The notes under the pieces were generated by a model. That model saw nothing but the letters and a program-made list of their open reading frames with translations. It made no database searches and had not been told where the DNA came from. From NCBI GenBank assembly GCA_018694115.1, contig JABHNB010000005.1, positions 374-64,373 on the forward strand: a stretch of DNA of 64,000 nt. The letters are read 5' to 3'. Shown piece by piece: positions 48,370 to 58,361 of the stretch. How positions within the stretch are numbered: the first letter of the stretch is position 1; every line of letters begins with the position of its first letter. The position numbers and the translations under genes are program-made. Source of the DNA: an archaeon. Lineage in GTDB: Archaea > Nanobdellota > Nanobdellia > Pacearchaeales > GW2011-AR1.

Positions 48370-48972
48370 TCAGTTTATAAGTTTTCCTAAAACCTCGTCC
48401 TCACCCTTCCTTGACCGACCAAGGCTTCTCCCAAACCTAACCAAGATATAATTTATCGAACGCCAGTACTTCTTTGGAAAAAGCTTCTCAAGATCCTTCT
48501 CAACTTTATGGGGATTCTTATTCTTAGTCCATCCTAATTTAAACGAAATTCGCGCAACATGCGTGTCAACCCCAATAGTATCGGCCCTTCGTGCCTCTGC
48601 AAGATAAACATTCCCGACTTTCCGCCCAACTCCCGGCAATTTCAAAAGCCCATCAAGATCTTCAGGAATCCCGTCTCGAGAAATCATCCGAGCACTTTCC
48701 TTGATGTTTCGTGCCTTAGTCTTATAATAGTTAATTCGACGAATAAACTTTTCAATAGAACTCAATCGAGCAGCCCCCAACTTCTTAGCCGAAGAATATT
48801 TATCAAACAAAATTTCACAAACTGCAATCGTCGTCTCGTCCTTAGTCTGCGCAGATAAAATCGTAGAAATCAAAACCTTCCAATCTTCATCCCATTCTGC
48901 TGCCAATCTCATTTCTTGAGGGGCCAATCTATCAAGTTTCTTCAATTGTTTAATTGCCAATTTAGTATTCAT
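48370..48972 (-). CDS. nth: Endonuclease III (HhH-GPD), lacking FeS-cluster cysteines
   Basis: ILSAQTKD, LPGVGRK, VDTHVAR. Confidence 0.88.
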   Translation of the reverse strand: MNTKLAIKQLKKLDRLAPQEMRLAAEWDEDWKVLISTILSAQTKDETTIAVCEILFDKYSSAKKLGAARLSSIEKFIRRINYYKTKARNIKESARMISRDGIPEDLDGLLKLPGVGRKVGNVYLAEARRADTIGVDTHVARISFKLGWTKNKNPHKVEKDLEKLFPKKYWRSINYILVRFGRSLGRSRKGEDEVLGKLIN

Positions 48973-48976
48973 AATT

Positions 48977-49708
48977 TCAAAACTCCTCAAACGTAAGCTT
49001 TCGAGTTTCATCATCGAAAATCGCATAACGTCTTTCGCAAAACGCCCCCACACTTACAATATGTCTCCGATCCTTCCAGAGAACTCCCTCGTCACTAAAA
49101 GAAGTCATCGCACTTAGTGAATGAACTGAATCTCCCCTAGGAACAGAAAATGCCCTAAAGATGTGATCATGCCCCCTAAACATTACATCATAGTCCTGTT
49201 TTATCATCTCATTAAAATTGCACATCAATCTTCTTTCACCGCTAAATCCCGTAGTGCCATCGTCAATAAGTCTGCCCCATGTCTCAGGTAGATCCATCGG
49301 ATAAACGGGGTCACCAATGAGTGCTCCATGGACATAAACATAATTTTGATCAAATCTATGGATAACTTTTACACCATGCAAAATGCCATCAAAAACTTCC
49401 GAAGCTCCTCTAACAAAATCTCCAGAAGGATTATCTCCCCAAAGTTCAAAATATTCCTCTTGACTATGCTCTAGTCCGTGTGAATAAACGTTTCTCCCAA
49501 AAGCAAAATCAACATCGTGATTTCCTACAAGAATAACTTTTTTCAAACCATCCACCGGAAAACTAACCTGAATAATCTCCTCCAAGATTGAGGGATCATC
49601 ATAGTCTCCCATAAAAACAACTCTCTCAACACCTTCGTCCCTAACTAAGGCCTCAGCTTTTTCAATGGGACTAATCCCGTGAAAGTCGGATAACAATGCA
49701 ATTTTCAT
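48977..49708 (-). CDS. Metallophosphoesterase
   Basis: SDFHG, MGD, GNHD, VHG, GHDH. Confidence 0.85.
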   Translation of the reverse strand: MKIALLSDFHGISPIEKAEALVRDEGVERVVFMGDYDDPSILEEIIQVSFPVDGLKKVILVGNHDVDFAFGRNVYSHGLEHSQEEYFELWGDNPSGDFVRGASEVFDGILHGVKVIHRFDQNYVYVHGALIGDPVYPMDLPETWGRLIDDGTTGFSGERRLMCNFNEMIKQDYDVMFRGHDHIFRAFSVPRGDSVHSLSAMTSFSDEGVLWKDRRHIVSVGAFCERRYAIFDDETRKLTFEEF

Positions 49709-49730
49709 TTTTTATTACTCCAAGAATAAA

Positions 49731-51023
49731 CTACTTCTTCTTTCCAATAATCTTCTTTCCGCCCATGTAGGGCTGTAGCACCTTGGGAATATTAATAGAA
49801 CCGTCTTTGTTTTGGTTATTTTCTAGAATAGCAACCATCATCCTGGATGTTGCAAGGGCAGTATCATTCAGGGTGTGTAAAACTCCTCGAGTCTTCCCAT
49901 CCTTTGATACATATCTTATTCCCAACTTACGTGCCTGATATTCGGTACAATTAGATAGGGAAACAACTTCGCCATAACCTTTAGTTGTAGGCCTCCAAAC
50001 TTCAAGATCTGCACTTCGATATTTCCAATCCGCCAAATCTCCAGTACAAAGTTCTAAAACTCGGTATGGCAACCCCAATGCATTCAGAACTTTTTCGGAA
50101 TTTGCTAGCAATTCATCATAAAGTTTTTCAGAATCTTCAGGCATACAAAAAATAAACTGCTCAACCTTATTGAATTGGTGAGTCCTCCACAATCCCTTCT
50201 CATTTATCCCATGAGCTCCAATCTCCTTTCTAAAACACATCGAATAAGAAAAATATTTCTTAGGTAAATCCTGTTCAGAAATAGTATCTTCAGAATGCAT
50301 TGCAAGAAGTGACTGCTCTGCAGTCCCAATTAATCCCTTTCCCTCTCCCTCAACTTCATAAACAGACTCGCTAATTGCTTCCTTATCCATAGAAGCATAA
50401 ATTTGTTTTTCATTAAGCATTAGTGGAGTTTCAATATAATCATATCCAGCATTAACCATAAAATCAATTCCAAATCTAATCAATGCCTGATTCAGCAAAG
50501 CTAAATCTCCCTTCAAATAATAAAATCCTTTTCCAGCAACCTTTGCAGAAGAATCAAAATCTGCAAGCCCTAGTCCCTCTGTAAGCTCAACATGATTTTT
50601 TATATCAAAATTAAATTTTGGAATCTTTCCACATTTCTTAATTTCAACATTATCTTCATCGCCCTTTCCGCTAGGAACTCCATCCCAGATTATATTGGGA
50701 ATCCTTAACATGATCTCCTTAATTTTTCCATAAAATACCTCTGCCTTAGCTTCGATCTTATCAATCTTTCCAGGAATTTCCTTGGCTTTAACAATCAACT
50801 TTTTAGCATCAGCTTTCTTTCCATTCTTCATCAAGCCATTAATCTGCTCAGAAATCTTATTTCTCTCGGATCTTAGATCATCTGCCTTCTTTTTCTCTTT
50901 TCTCCATTTAATATCTAGTTCTGCAACTTCATCTACAAGTGGAAGTTTTTCATCTTGAAACTTCTTCTTAATATTCTCCTTAACTATTTCGGGGCTTTCC
51001 CTGATAAGCTTAATATCTATCAT
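49731..51023 (-). CDS. serS: Serine--tRNA ligase
   Basis: N-terminal coiled coil, GTAEQ, FRKE, HQFNKVEQF, SNCTEYQAR. Confidence 0.96.
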   Translation of the reverse strand: MIDIKLIRESPEIVKENIKKKFQDEKLPLVDEVAELDIKWRKEKKKADDLRSERNKISEQINGLMKNGKKADAKKLIVKAKEIPGKIDKIEAKAEVFYGKIKEIMLRIPNIIWDGVPSGKGDEDNVEIKKCGKIPKFNFDIKNHVELTEGLGLADFDSSAKVAGKGFYYLKGDLALLNQALIRFGIDFMVNAGYDYIETPLMLNEKQIYASMDKEAISESVYEVEGEGKGLIGTAEQSLLAMHSEDTISEQDLPKKYFSYSMCFRKEIGAHGINEKGLWRTHQFNKVEQFIFCMPEDSEKLYDELLANSEKVLNALGLPYRVLELCTGDLADWKYRSADLEVWRPTTKGYGEVVSLSNCTEYQARKLGIRYVSKDGKTRGVLHTLNDTALATSRMMVAILENNQNKDGSINIPKVLQPYMGGKKIIGKKK

Positions 51024-51073
51024 GTTCAAAGAACAATCATAAGATATATAAAACTTTCCAGTCACAATTCTTC

Positions 51074-51781
51074 ATGAGGGACGAAAAAGATTTAACAAAG
51101 AGGATAAAAAATTCATTTAGGGCAGGAAAGTCAAGAGCAGAAATTATCCGGGGTCTCCAAGCACGAGGATGTAAATTAGAATATGCCGATGCTTTGATCA
51201 ATAGAGCAAAAATTCCAAAAAGAGTTATGGTTTCAACACTAATCGTCGCGGTCTTAATCGTCGTTTCATTATCTGTAGGATATGCTCTAAACATTGGGGC
51301 AGAAAAACATCACCTCCAAAACCCCCTAACTGGGAATGTAATCTTTTCAGGACAATCTCCTGTGGAAGTTAATATTGCGGAACAAACATCTGGGCCATCA
51401 CAGAGGATAGCAATTGATGAAATAGAGATTACTCCCGAATTTATTTCCTATCTCCTAAACGAAATCGGTGCGTGGGAACTCCATAAAAATCCGCTAACTT
51501 TTGAGGAACCGATAATTAATTTCAAAATAGGGAATAAAAATTTCTATTCAAAAATTTCTGAACATATCCCACAAACTTTCCCTGGATTAAGCGATAATGC
51601 AGATTTGCAGTTCAATACAAACAAAGAAGACATCATTAAAGCAACAAGTTCACAATCGCCCCGAGAAGTCTTCAAAGATTCTTTAGCCAATGGTGGAACA
51701 AAAATCACTACTCTCGTCGGTGAAACCGAACTTTTCGCAAAAGGATATCTGAAATTATATGAAGATTTGAAGGATTTTTAA
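51074..51781 (+). CDS. Membrane-anchored hypothetical protein
   Basis: Single TM helix followed by LTGNVI motif. Confidence 0.7.
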   Translation: MRDEKDLTKRIKNSFRAGKSRAEIIRGLQARGCKLEYADALINRAKIPKRVMVSTLIVAVLIVVSLSVGYALNIGAEKHHLQNPLTGNVIFSGQSPVEVNIAEQTSGPSQRIAIDEIEITPEFISYLLNEIGAWELHKNPLTFEEPIINFKIGNKNFYSKISEHIPQTFPGLSDNADLQFNTNKEDIIKATSSQSPREVFKDSLANGGTKITTLVGETELFAKGYLKLYEDLKDF

Positions 51782-51901
51782 TTTGTCCGCTACCACTTTG
51801 AAATTATCTGTTCCTACTCTCTAATTTTCTGTATCTACTCCTCGTGGACGATTTTTCGGGGAAAGGCTTATAAGTAAAATATGACTCTAATATATACATT
51901 A

Positions 51902-51915
51902 GAACATATATGTTC
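51902..51915. promoter_or_regulatory. Perfect 14-bp palindrome, candidate operator
   Basis: GAACATATATGTTC ending 10 nt before the ATG of a winged-HTH gene. Confidence 0.5.
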
Positions 51916-51925
51916 AAAAGATACT

Positions 51926-52192
51926 ATGGGAGACAATTTCGACTTATTTTTCAGAAGAAAACCAGCCTTGATGCTGATTGCCTTAAAGAAAGTTTCACGT
52001 GCAAAGTACGGTTCTATCTTGGCAAAGGAAGTTGACTGCACATATAGCCATGCAGTAAAGATTCTACAGACTCTTGAAGAAATTGGATTAGTAGTCTTCG
52101 AAAAGAAGGGAAGAATCAAGATTATCCGATTAACAAAGAAAGGTGAGGATGTTGCAAACGCAATTGAATCAATTAAGAAGATTGTTATCTAA
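51926..52192 (+). CDS. Winged-helix (MarR-like) DNA-binding protein
   Basis: LAKEVDCTYSHAVKIL...GLV...GRIKIIRLTKKG. Confidence 0.85.
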   Translation: MGDNFDLFFRRKPALMLIALKKVSRAKYGSILAKEVDCTYSHAVKILQTLEEIGLVVFEKKGRIKIIRLTKKGEDVANAIESIKKIVI

Positions 52193-52246
52193 TTATCCTC
52201 TCACAAAACTTTTTAAATCAATTTTTCTCAATTAGTTTAGCATAAT

Positions 52247-52321
52247 GGCTTCATAGCTCAGCCTGGTCAGAGCACTAGACTCTTAATCTAGGTGTCGGGG
52301 GTTCAAATCCCCCTGAGGCCA
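52247..52321 (+). tRNA. tRNA-Lys(CTT)
   Basis: Cloverleaf with GGCTTCA/TGAGGCC acceptor stem, anticodon arm CTAGA-CTCTTAA-TCTAG, TTCAAAT T-loop. Confidence 0.95.
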
Positions 52322-52442
52322 TTTGAAACACCGACAGTCGGGGGCGAGAATTTCGCTTTGAGTAAAACAATCCTTAAGATTTTTACGAAATGCAAAATTT
52401 GAGTAGAATCCCCCTGAGGCCATTTGAAACACCGACAGTCGG
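52306..52442 (+). repeat. 36-bp perfect direct repeat including the tRNA-Lys 3' end (att-like)
   Basis: aatccccctgaggccatttgaaacaccgacagtcgg at 52306-52341 and 52407-52442. Confidence 0.92.
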
Positions 52443-52482
52443 ACATAATCTCCTCCCGACCACAAATCCACTGCTAGAAATA

Positions 52483-52791
52483 TTAGTCATCAACCCTATT
52501 TACGTTCTTACACTTAGTACACTTATAGAACTTTGATTCAGCTTCGTCTCCAGACCTCATTTGCCGAGTCCAGAAATATGCCTTATTATTTTTACACTTC
52601 CTACACTTATATTCAGTAATTGGATAAACCTCGCCCTGCTTCTCATTAACAACTGCAACTTGAGTACCTTCATTAATTTCCTCTTTAATTTCCATCTTTA
52701 CCTTTCCAGAAGCCATATACTTACATCTAGGACACCCAAACTTGGTCTTCTTCATCATTAAAATTGCACCACATTTCGGACAAAATTCCAT
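52483..52791 (-). CDS. tfs: Transcription factor S (TFS/RpoM family)
   Basis: Two Zn ribbons; QMRSGDE acidic hairpin. Confidence 0.92.
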   Translation of the reverse strand: MEFCPKCGAILMMKKTKFGCPRCKYMASGKVKMEIKEEINEGTQVAVVNEKQGEVYPITEYKCRKCKNNKAYFWTRQMRSGDEAESKFYKCTKCKNVNRVDD

Positions 52792-52837
52792 CTTTTAGCT
52801 TAATTCTCAAGACTTTTAAATGTTTAGCATAGAAAAA

Positions 52838-53434
52838 TTACCTACAAAGGCCTCGATTTCGAGAGTCTCTAGTGCCCTCAAAGAAAATCAACTTAGCCCA
52901 CCCAATAAATGGGACCCTGAATAGCGCCTTTCCAATAATTCTTTCCTCTGGAATATCCATCTCTGATGAAAGCAGGCCCCCATTTGTCTTATAATTATCT
53001 CCTTTAGTCGTAAATTTTTCATCAACGGAGATCAATCGATGGATTAATGGATGATTTTGGCCTCCATCAAAAATGATAACATCCCCAACCTCCAAATTCT
53101 TGGGCCCAACAACAAAGATAACATCTCCCTTTGAGAACCCGTTTTGAAAAATCCAGCTTCCAGTATCTTCTAACGAAATTCCAAAATTCCCATATATTTC
53201 GCTGACAAATGTCTGCTCAAACCCCGGTTCTTCATGATACATCGAACAACTCTCTACGATAACTAGCGGAAGGGCAGTACCTGTTAAAAGAGAGAGAGTT
53301 GGAAAGAAGATGAATTTGATAAAGATGAATGCCAAGACAAGAGTAACTACGAATGAAGACCAAGAATCATCATTCAGGAATTTCCAAAACCTCTTCGTAT
53401 ATTCCGTAGGGGTATTAGTCACCATTCCCAACAT
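52838..53434 (-). CDS. Signal peptidase I (Sec11 type)
   Basis: IVESCSM, GDVI, LIHR, TKGDN. Confidence 0.88.
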   Translation of the reverse strand: MLGMVTNTPTEYTKRFWKFLNDDSWSSFVVTLVLAFIFIKFIFFPTLSLLTGTALPLVIVESCSMYHEEPGFEQTFVSEIYGNFGISLEDTGSWIFQNGFSKGDVIFVVGPKNLEVGDVIIFDGGQNHPLIHRLISVDEKFTTKGDNYKTNGGLLSSEMDIPEERIIGKALFRVPFIGWAKLIFFEGTRDSRNRGLCR

Positions 53435-53484
53435 ACGTTAAAATGCTTTATAATATTAATGGAAACTATCCGCAAACATTTATA

Positions 53485-53506
53485 AAGTATATACTTGTTC
53501 GTATAC
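53485..53506. promoter_or_regulatory. Candidate operator palindromes directly after a TATA box
   Basis: AAGTATATACTT (53485-53496) and GTATAC (53501-53506) between TTTATAAA and ATG 53509. Confidence 0.45.
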
Positions 53507-53508
53507 AC

Positions 53509-54000
53509 ATGGAAGATATATTTAGTAATACAATATTATGCGGCAAGTGTAACAAAAAAATGAGGCCAGGATTAATAACCCGAAATGGTTTCAATTTAAG
53601 AACTGTGAAATGCGAAAGTTGTGGAAAATCAATCGTTCATCCAGAAGATAAACGAGAATATGAAGAATTTATAAAATTAAAACAAAAGGAATACAATGTT
53701 AAGATGAGGATGGTTGGGAATTCTTATGCGGTTTCAATTCCCCGGGAAATTGTAGATTTTATGCAGGAACAAGAAAACATGGTGAACAACATGGTAAGGC
53801 TCTGCTTTGAAGAAGCAGGAAAAATAAGTTTAGACTTTGATTCAAACAATCCTCAAAAACCAAGAGTTCTAAGATCTGAAGAAGTAAGAGTAGTAAAAAA
53901 TGGAAAACCCGTTTATCACGTAAAGAAAATCTCCGATTCTGCAGATCCCCAAAAGAATAAAACAAAAGTCTTTAAAGCAAAGGAAGGAGAAGATTACTAA
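53509..54000 (+). CDS. Zn-ribbon plus AbrB/MazE/SpoVT-like DNA-binding protein
   Basis: CGKC...CESC; KMRMVGNSYAVSIPREI. Confidence 0.75.
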   Translation: MEDIFSNTILCGKCNKKMRPGLITRNGFNLRTVKCESCGKSIVHPEDKREYEEFIKLKQKEYNVKMRMVGNSYAVSIPREIVDFMQEQENMVNNMVRLCFEEAGKISLDFDSNNPQKPRVLRSEEVRVVKNGKPVYHVKKISDSADPQKNKTKVFKAKEGEDY

Positions 54001-56315
54001 TGGCAGAAAAAATAAAGCAAGATAAAACAATAAAACTTAGGGTAGTTGAATCACTCCAAGATGATGCGTATAAGGGTATTGCAAGAATTGATCCATCACT
54101 AATGAAAAAGCTTGAACTTGAACGGGGCGATATCATTTTAGTAAGGGGTGAAAGAGATACATATTCTGTTGTTGATCATGCATATCCTGCAGATCGTGGA
54201 GAAGAAATAATTAGAATTGATGGAATAACTAGAAAGAATTCAAAGACAGGAATTGGAGAACAAGTTGAGATAAAAAAAGCAAAGATAAGAGAAGCAAAAA
54301 AGATTACAATTGCTCCGGCCCAACAGGGAATTGTGGTTAGGGGAGATCCAGATAATTTTAAGAGAGGACTTCTTGGAAAACCAGTTACAAAAGGAGATAT
54401 TGTCGTAATGGGTGGAACTCAGAGAAGAAGAGACCTAATGTCTGAAGATATGGGGGATATGTTTGGGGACTTTGGAGAGATCTTTAACCAGATGGGATTC
54501 GGGGGAGGAATGCCGGGAGGATTAACTCAAATCAGATTTGCAATAGTTTCAACCAACCCAAACCAACCAGTGATAATCACAGAAAATACTCAAATAACAT
54601 TAAGTCCAAAAGCAGTTGACATCTCAGAAGAAGCAATACCTCAGATAACTTATGAAGACATCGGAGGATTAAAGGAAGAAGTAAAGAAAGTTAGGGAGAT
54701 GGTTGAGCTTCCGCTTAAGCGTCCAGAAATCTTTGCACGTCTGGGAATTGAACCACCAAAGGGAGTTCTACTTTACGGTCCACCAGGAACGGGTAAGACA
54801 CTTCTTGCAAAAGCTGTAGCAAACGAATCCGAAGCACATTTCATTCTTTTGAATGGTCCAGAAATAATGTCCAAGTTCTATGGAGAATCTGAAAAGAAAA
54901 TCCGAGAAATATTTGATGAGGCTGAAAAGAATGCACCTTCGATTATTTTTATAGATGAGATAGACGCAATTGCACCAAAGAGAGAAGAAGTCGGCGGGGA
55001 AGTAGAGAGAAGAGTAGTTTCTCAACTTCTAACAATGATGGACGGATTACAATCCCGAGGAAAGGTAGTAGTTATCGGAGCAACAAATAGGCCTAATGCA
55101 CTTGATCCTGCACTAAGACGTCCCGGAAGATTTGATCGAGAAGTGGAAATTTCCGTGCCTGACAAAGAAGGAAGACTACAAGTTCTTAAAATCCACACGA
55201 GGGGAATGCCATTAACAAAGAATGTGGATTTAACAAAGATTGCATCAAAGACTCATGGTTTCGTTGGAGCAGATTTACAATCTTTAGCAAAGGAAGCAGC
55301 AATGGCCGTTCTTAGAAAGCATATTCATAAGTTCAATCTAGAAGAAGATGAAGAAATTCCTAAGGAAGTTCTCGATGTATTAAAAATCTCTATGAAAGAT
55401 TTTGACGAAGCTCTAAAAGTTGTTCGGCCGTCAGCAATGAGAGAAGTACTCGTTGAAACTCCAGACATTAGTTGGGAAGATATTGGTGGCGTAGAAACTG
55501 TCAAGCAAGATCTGAAAGAAGCTGTTGAGTGGCCAATGAAATTCCCAGAATCATTTACAAGAATGGGTATCCGCCCACCAAGAGGAATATTACTTTACGG
55601 TCCACCAGGAACGGGTAAGACACTTCTTGCAAAAGCTGTAGCAAACGAATCCGAAGCAAACTTCATCCTTGTAAAGGGTCCAGAATTATTGAGTATGTGG
55701 GTTGGAAAATCTGAGGAAGGTGTAAGAAAGATTTTTGAGAGAGCAAGACAGGTTTCACCTTGTATTGTTTTCTTCGATGAAATAGATTCACTTGCTGGAA
55801 AGCGAGGTCAAGGTTTTGGTGGTGGTGCAAAAGTAACTGAAAATGTTCTAAATCAACTATTGTCCGAGATGGATGGAATTGAAGATCTAAGTAATGTAAT
55901 TGTTATCGGAGCAACAAATCGACCAGATATGCTTGACTCTGCATTAATGCGTCCTGGAAGATTTGATAGAATTGTTTATGTTGGAGTTCCGGGCAAGGAA
56001 GGAAGAGAAATGATTCTAAAAATCCACACAAAGAATATGCCAATAGATAAATCTGTAAACCTAAAGAAACTTGCAGAAGAAACAGAAGGCTATACTGGAG
56101 CAGATCTAGAATCCCTTACCAGGGAAGCAGCAATGCTCGCACTTCGAGAAGATCTTAATACAAAGAACGTCACAAAGAAAGATTTCGATAAGGCAATGGA
56201 GAAGGTAGTAGCTTCAGTTTCTAAAGCCGACGTTGAAAGGTATAAACAAGTTGAACAGCAATATCTTAGAAGTGCAAAAGCGGCATTAGCTGAAAAGGCA
56301 ACTTATGCCGGTTAA
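54000..56315 (+). CDS. cdc48: CDC48/VAT AAA+ ATPase
   Basis: N-domain plus two AAA modules ([25 protein letters not shown]); C-terminal HbYX-like YAG. Confidence 0.97.
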   Translation: MAEKIKQDKTIKLRVVESLQDDAYKGIARIDPSLMKKLELERGDIILVRGERDTYSVVDHAYPADRGEEIIRIDGITRKNSKTGIGEQVEIKKAKIREAKKITIAPAQQGIVVRGDPDNFKRGLLGKPVTKGDIVVMGGTQRRRDLMSEDMGDMFGDFGEIFNQMGFGGGMPGGLTQIRFAIVSTNPNQPVIITENTQITLSPKAVDISEEAIPQITYEDIGGLKEEVKKVREMVELPLKRPEIFARLGIEPPKGVLLYGPPGTGKTLLAKAVANESEAHFILLNGPEIMSKFYGESEKKIREIFDEAEKNAPSIIFIDEIDAIAPKREEVGGEVERRVVSQLLTMMDGLQSRGKVVVIGATNRPNALDPALRRPGRFDREVEISVPDKEGRLQVLKIHTRGMPLTKNVDLTKIASKTHGFVGADLQSLAKEAAMAVLRKHIHKFNLEEDEEIPKEVLDVLKISMKDFDEALKVVRPSAMREVLVETPDISWEDIGGVETVKQDLKEAVEWPMKFPESFTRMGIRPPRGILLYGPPGTGKTLLAKAVANESEANFILVKGPELLSMWVGKSEEGVRKIFERARQVSPCIVFFDEIDSLAGKRGQGFGGGAKVTENVLNQLLSEMDGIEDLSNVIVIGATNRPDMLDSALMRPGRFDRIVYVGVPGKEGREMILKIHTKNMPIDKSVNLKKLAEETEGYTGADLESLTREAAMLALREDLNTKNVTKKDFDKAMEKVVASVSKADVERYKQVEQQYLRSAKAALAEKATYAG
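54769..55658 (+). repeat. 68-bp perfect direct repeat over both Walker A regions of cdc48
   Basis: Identical blocks at 54769-54836 and 55591-55658. Confidence 0.92.
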
Positions 56316-56671
56316 TCCATCTCGAGAATATCGTCCTTAGGCAACATCAGAGCTACTACATTTTTTAATGAATCATCTAATCCATTAATCTTAAGCTTGA
56401 AACCTCGCTTTTTCTTAATGCCTCGCGAATTAAGCAATGCACCAATACCTGCACAATCAAGTTCCCGGATATTTGATAAGTCTAGAAAAACATCTCCGGG
56501 ATGATGCCTAACATATTGTTTCAATTCCCTATCAAATGATTCAACATCCGATTTATGAATCCCTTGCCGATAGTTTGCCCAGTGGACGGTTCCCGGAAGA
56601 TCCTCGACGATATATGGCCGCTTAGCACGTAACTTCACAAGTTTCTTGCTTACCTTCGGATTCATTATCAT
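56312..56671 (-). CDS. STAS domain protein
   Basis: VFLDLSNIRELDCAGIGALL...GFKLKINGL. Confidence 0.78.
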   Translation of the reverse strand: MIMNPKVSKKLVKLRAKRPYIVEDLPGTVHWANYRQGIHKSDVESFDRELKQYVRHHPGDVFLDLSNIRELDCAGIGALLNSRGIKKKRGFKLKINGLDDSLKNVVALMLPKDDILEMD

Positions 56672-57579
56672 TCTGTTGTTACCTCCACCTTGTCACCATA
56701 AATCAAAAATGTATTCTCTGCTTGAGAAACTGGTGCCTTACTCTTCTCAACAAGAACCGGATAGTTATGGAGAATTCCTTGCTTAACAAGCACGGATAAG
56801 GCGAAATTCACTTTGCTAAATCCTTCATCAACTAACCATCGTCTACAGAAAGGTCGAGTTTTATAATTCTCTTTAATAAATTTGAGGATTTCTCTAGCAT
56901 CCCCATCGCGGACCTGAGCATCAGAAACTAATCCATAGATCTCTCCAACCTTGCCCTCGTAAATATCTCCATCACCAGATGTCAAAAAGGGCTCAATCGC
57001 AAAGGCCATATCATTAAGTTCAGCATCATTCTCATTAGGATAGTTGGAAATAGTCAGGCCTGCATGGATTGTATCTTCCGCAAGTGAATGGCCCGATAAA
57101 CTTCTAATCACCGAAAATTCGGTTTCATTGTCTTCGTTGAATTTCTTGAGACTTTTCTGAACTGCCTTTCCAACATCCATAACTTTCATTCCCGGTCGAA
57201 CAATCTCAGTCGCACTTGCCAAAACTCCTTTATTTGCTTCAATCAAATCTTTAAATTCTCCATCTGGAGTCAAATCAATACTAATCGCGGTATCTGCAAT
57301 AAATCCTTCAACAGAAATCCCAATATCAATCTTCAATATTCCTTCTGCAATAGTTTCATCTTCTGGATCCGGAGTATAATGTGCTGCAATCTCATTTAGC
57401 GAAAGATTTACGGGGAATGCAGGTTCTCCCCCAAGTTCACGAATTTTCTTTTCAATCTGCTCAGCTATTTCTAATAATTTCACGCCAGGTTTAACAAAGC
57501 TTCTCACAAAGCGCTTTACCTCTACGGCAATTTCGCCCGCCTTCTGATAAGCAGATATTTCATTTTCTTCCATAATCAT
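56668..57579 (-). CDS. map: Methionine aminopeptidase type II
   Basis: AFPVN, AAHYTP, KIDIG, ADTA, GHSL, AIEPF, winged-helix insert. Confidence 0.94.
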   Translation of the reverse strand: MIMEENEISAYQKAGEIAVEVKRFVRSFVKPGVKLLEIAEQIEKKIRELGGEPAFPVNLSLNEIAAHYTPDPEDETIAEGILKIDIGISVEGFIADTAISIDLTPDGEFKDLIEANKGVLASATEIVRPGMKVMDVGKAVQKSLKKFNEDNETEFSVIRSLSGHSLAEDTIHAGLTISNYPNENDAELNDMAFAIEPFLTSGDGDIYEGKVGEIYGLVSDAQVRDGDAREILKFIKENYKTRPFCRRWLVDEGFSKVNFALSVLVKQGILHNYPVLVEKSKAPVSQAENTFLIYGDKVEVTTE

Positions 57580-57650
57580 CCATGTTTTGAGGCTTTTTTA
57601 AGATTATGGGCCGTAGAAAAAGTTAAATAACTACCCGGCTTCCCAAATTA

Positions 57651-58361
57651 ATGGGAATTCGAAAGGCGTATGAGAAATTAGTTGTAGCAGGTCTAGAAAT
57701 TGTTCAGAGTATAGCTGGCCGAAGCAGATATGTTCCGAGGGCAGAACTTGACAAAGCTCAAGAGAAAATTGGATATGCCGAAAAAATGTGTGCGGATATA
57801 ACAGAAACCCTAGATGCAAGATCTGAAGATCTAAAAACCACTTCAAAGTCCCTAAACAATCATATCGTTGATCGAATCGGACTTGAAAGAAGAATTAAGG
57901 AACAAGATCACCTCCTTCAACATCAAAAACTTAAAATAAGGAATCTTAGAACTGCAGATAAGAAAGATTTCGAAGAGATCTTTAATGGAAAACCTCACGG
58001 AAGGCCAGCATTAGCCTTTGCCACGGGTCTGGGAGAGATTTATCTTCAAAACCAATCTGCAACAAACCTTACTGGGGGAGATTTTTGTGGAGTAAATCTT
58101 TCTAATCAAATTCCATTTGGCGAGCTTCAGGAAGGGGGCTATGGAGTAATGATAAATGGCGGAAGATATAATGCATTTCCAAAAGCCTTACCTAGCGGAA
58201 GGTATAAGATAATTTTTAAGAAGCCTGGAATCTTTCAAAAAATGGCCCATAAAAAAAATCCTTCTCATGAAGATCTTGTTCAAAAAGGTAGCGTCCTCAA
58301 ATCCCAAGCCCGTGCAGAAGTTGCTAAACGTCAAGCACGAAAAACCGCAGAAACAGCTTAA
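57651..58361 (+). CDS. hypothetical protein with coiled-coil N-terminus
   Basis: 236-aa ATG ORF. Confidence 0.65.
   Translation: MGIRKAYEKLVVAGLEIVQSIAGRSRYVPRAELDKAQEKIGYAEKMCADITETLDARSEDLKTTSKSLNNHIVDRIGLERRIKEQDHLLQHQKLKIRNLRTADKKDFEEIFNGKPHGRPALAFATGLGEIYLQNQSATNLTGGDFCGVNLSNQIPFGELQEGGYGVMINGGRYNAFPKALPSGRYKIIFKKPGIFQKMAHKKNPSHEDLVQKGSVLKSQARAEVAKRQARKTAETA

Noticed and set aside
52306..52442. Possible minimal CRISPR array (36-bp repeat containing TTTGAAAC)
   Set aside because: Only two copies, a 65-bp spacer, the repeat includes the tRNA 3' end, and no cas genes are in the window; att-like duplication explains it better
52283..52471. Minus-strand 62-aa ORF with a repeated peptide
   Set aside because: Overlaps tRNA-Lys and the 36-bp repeat; not a credible gene
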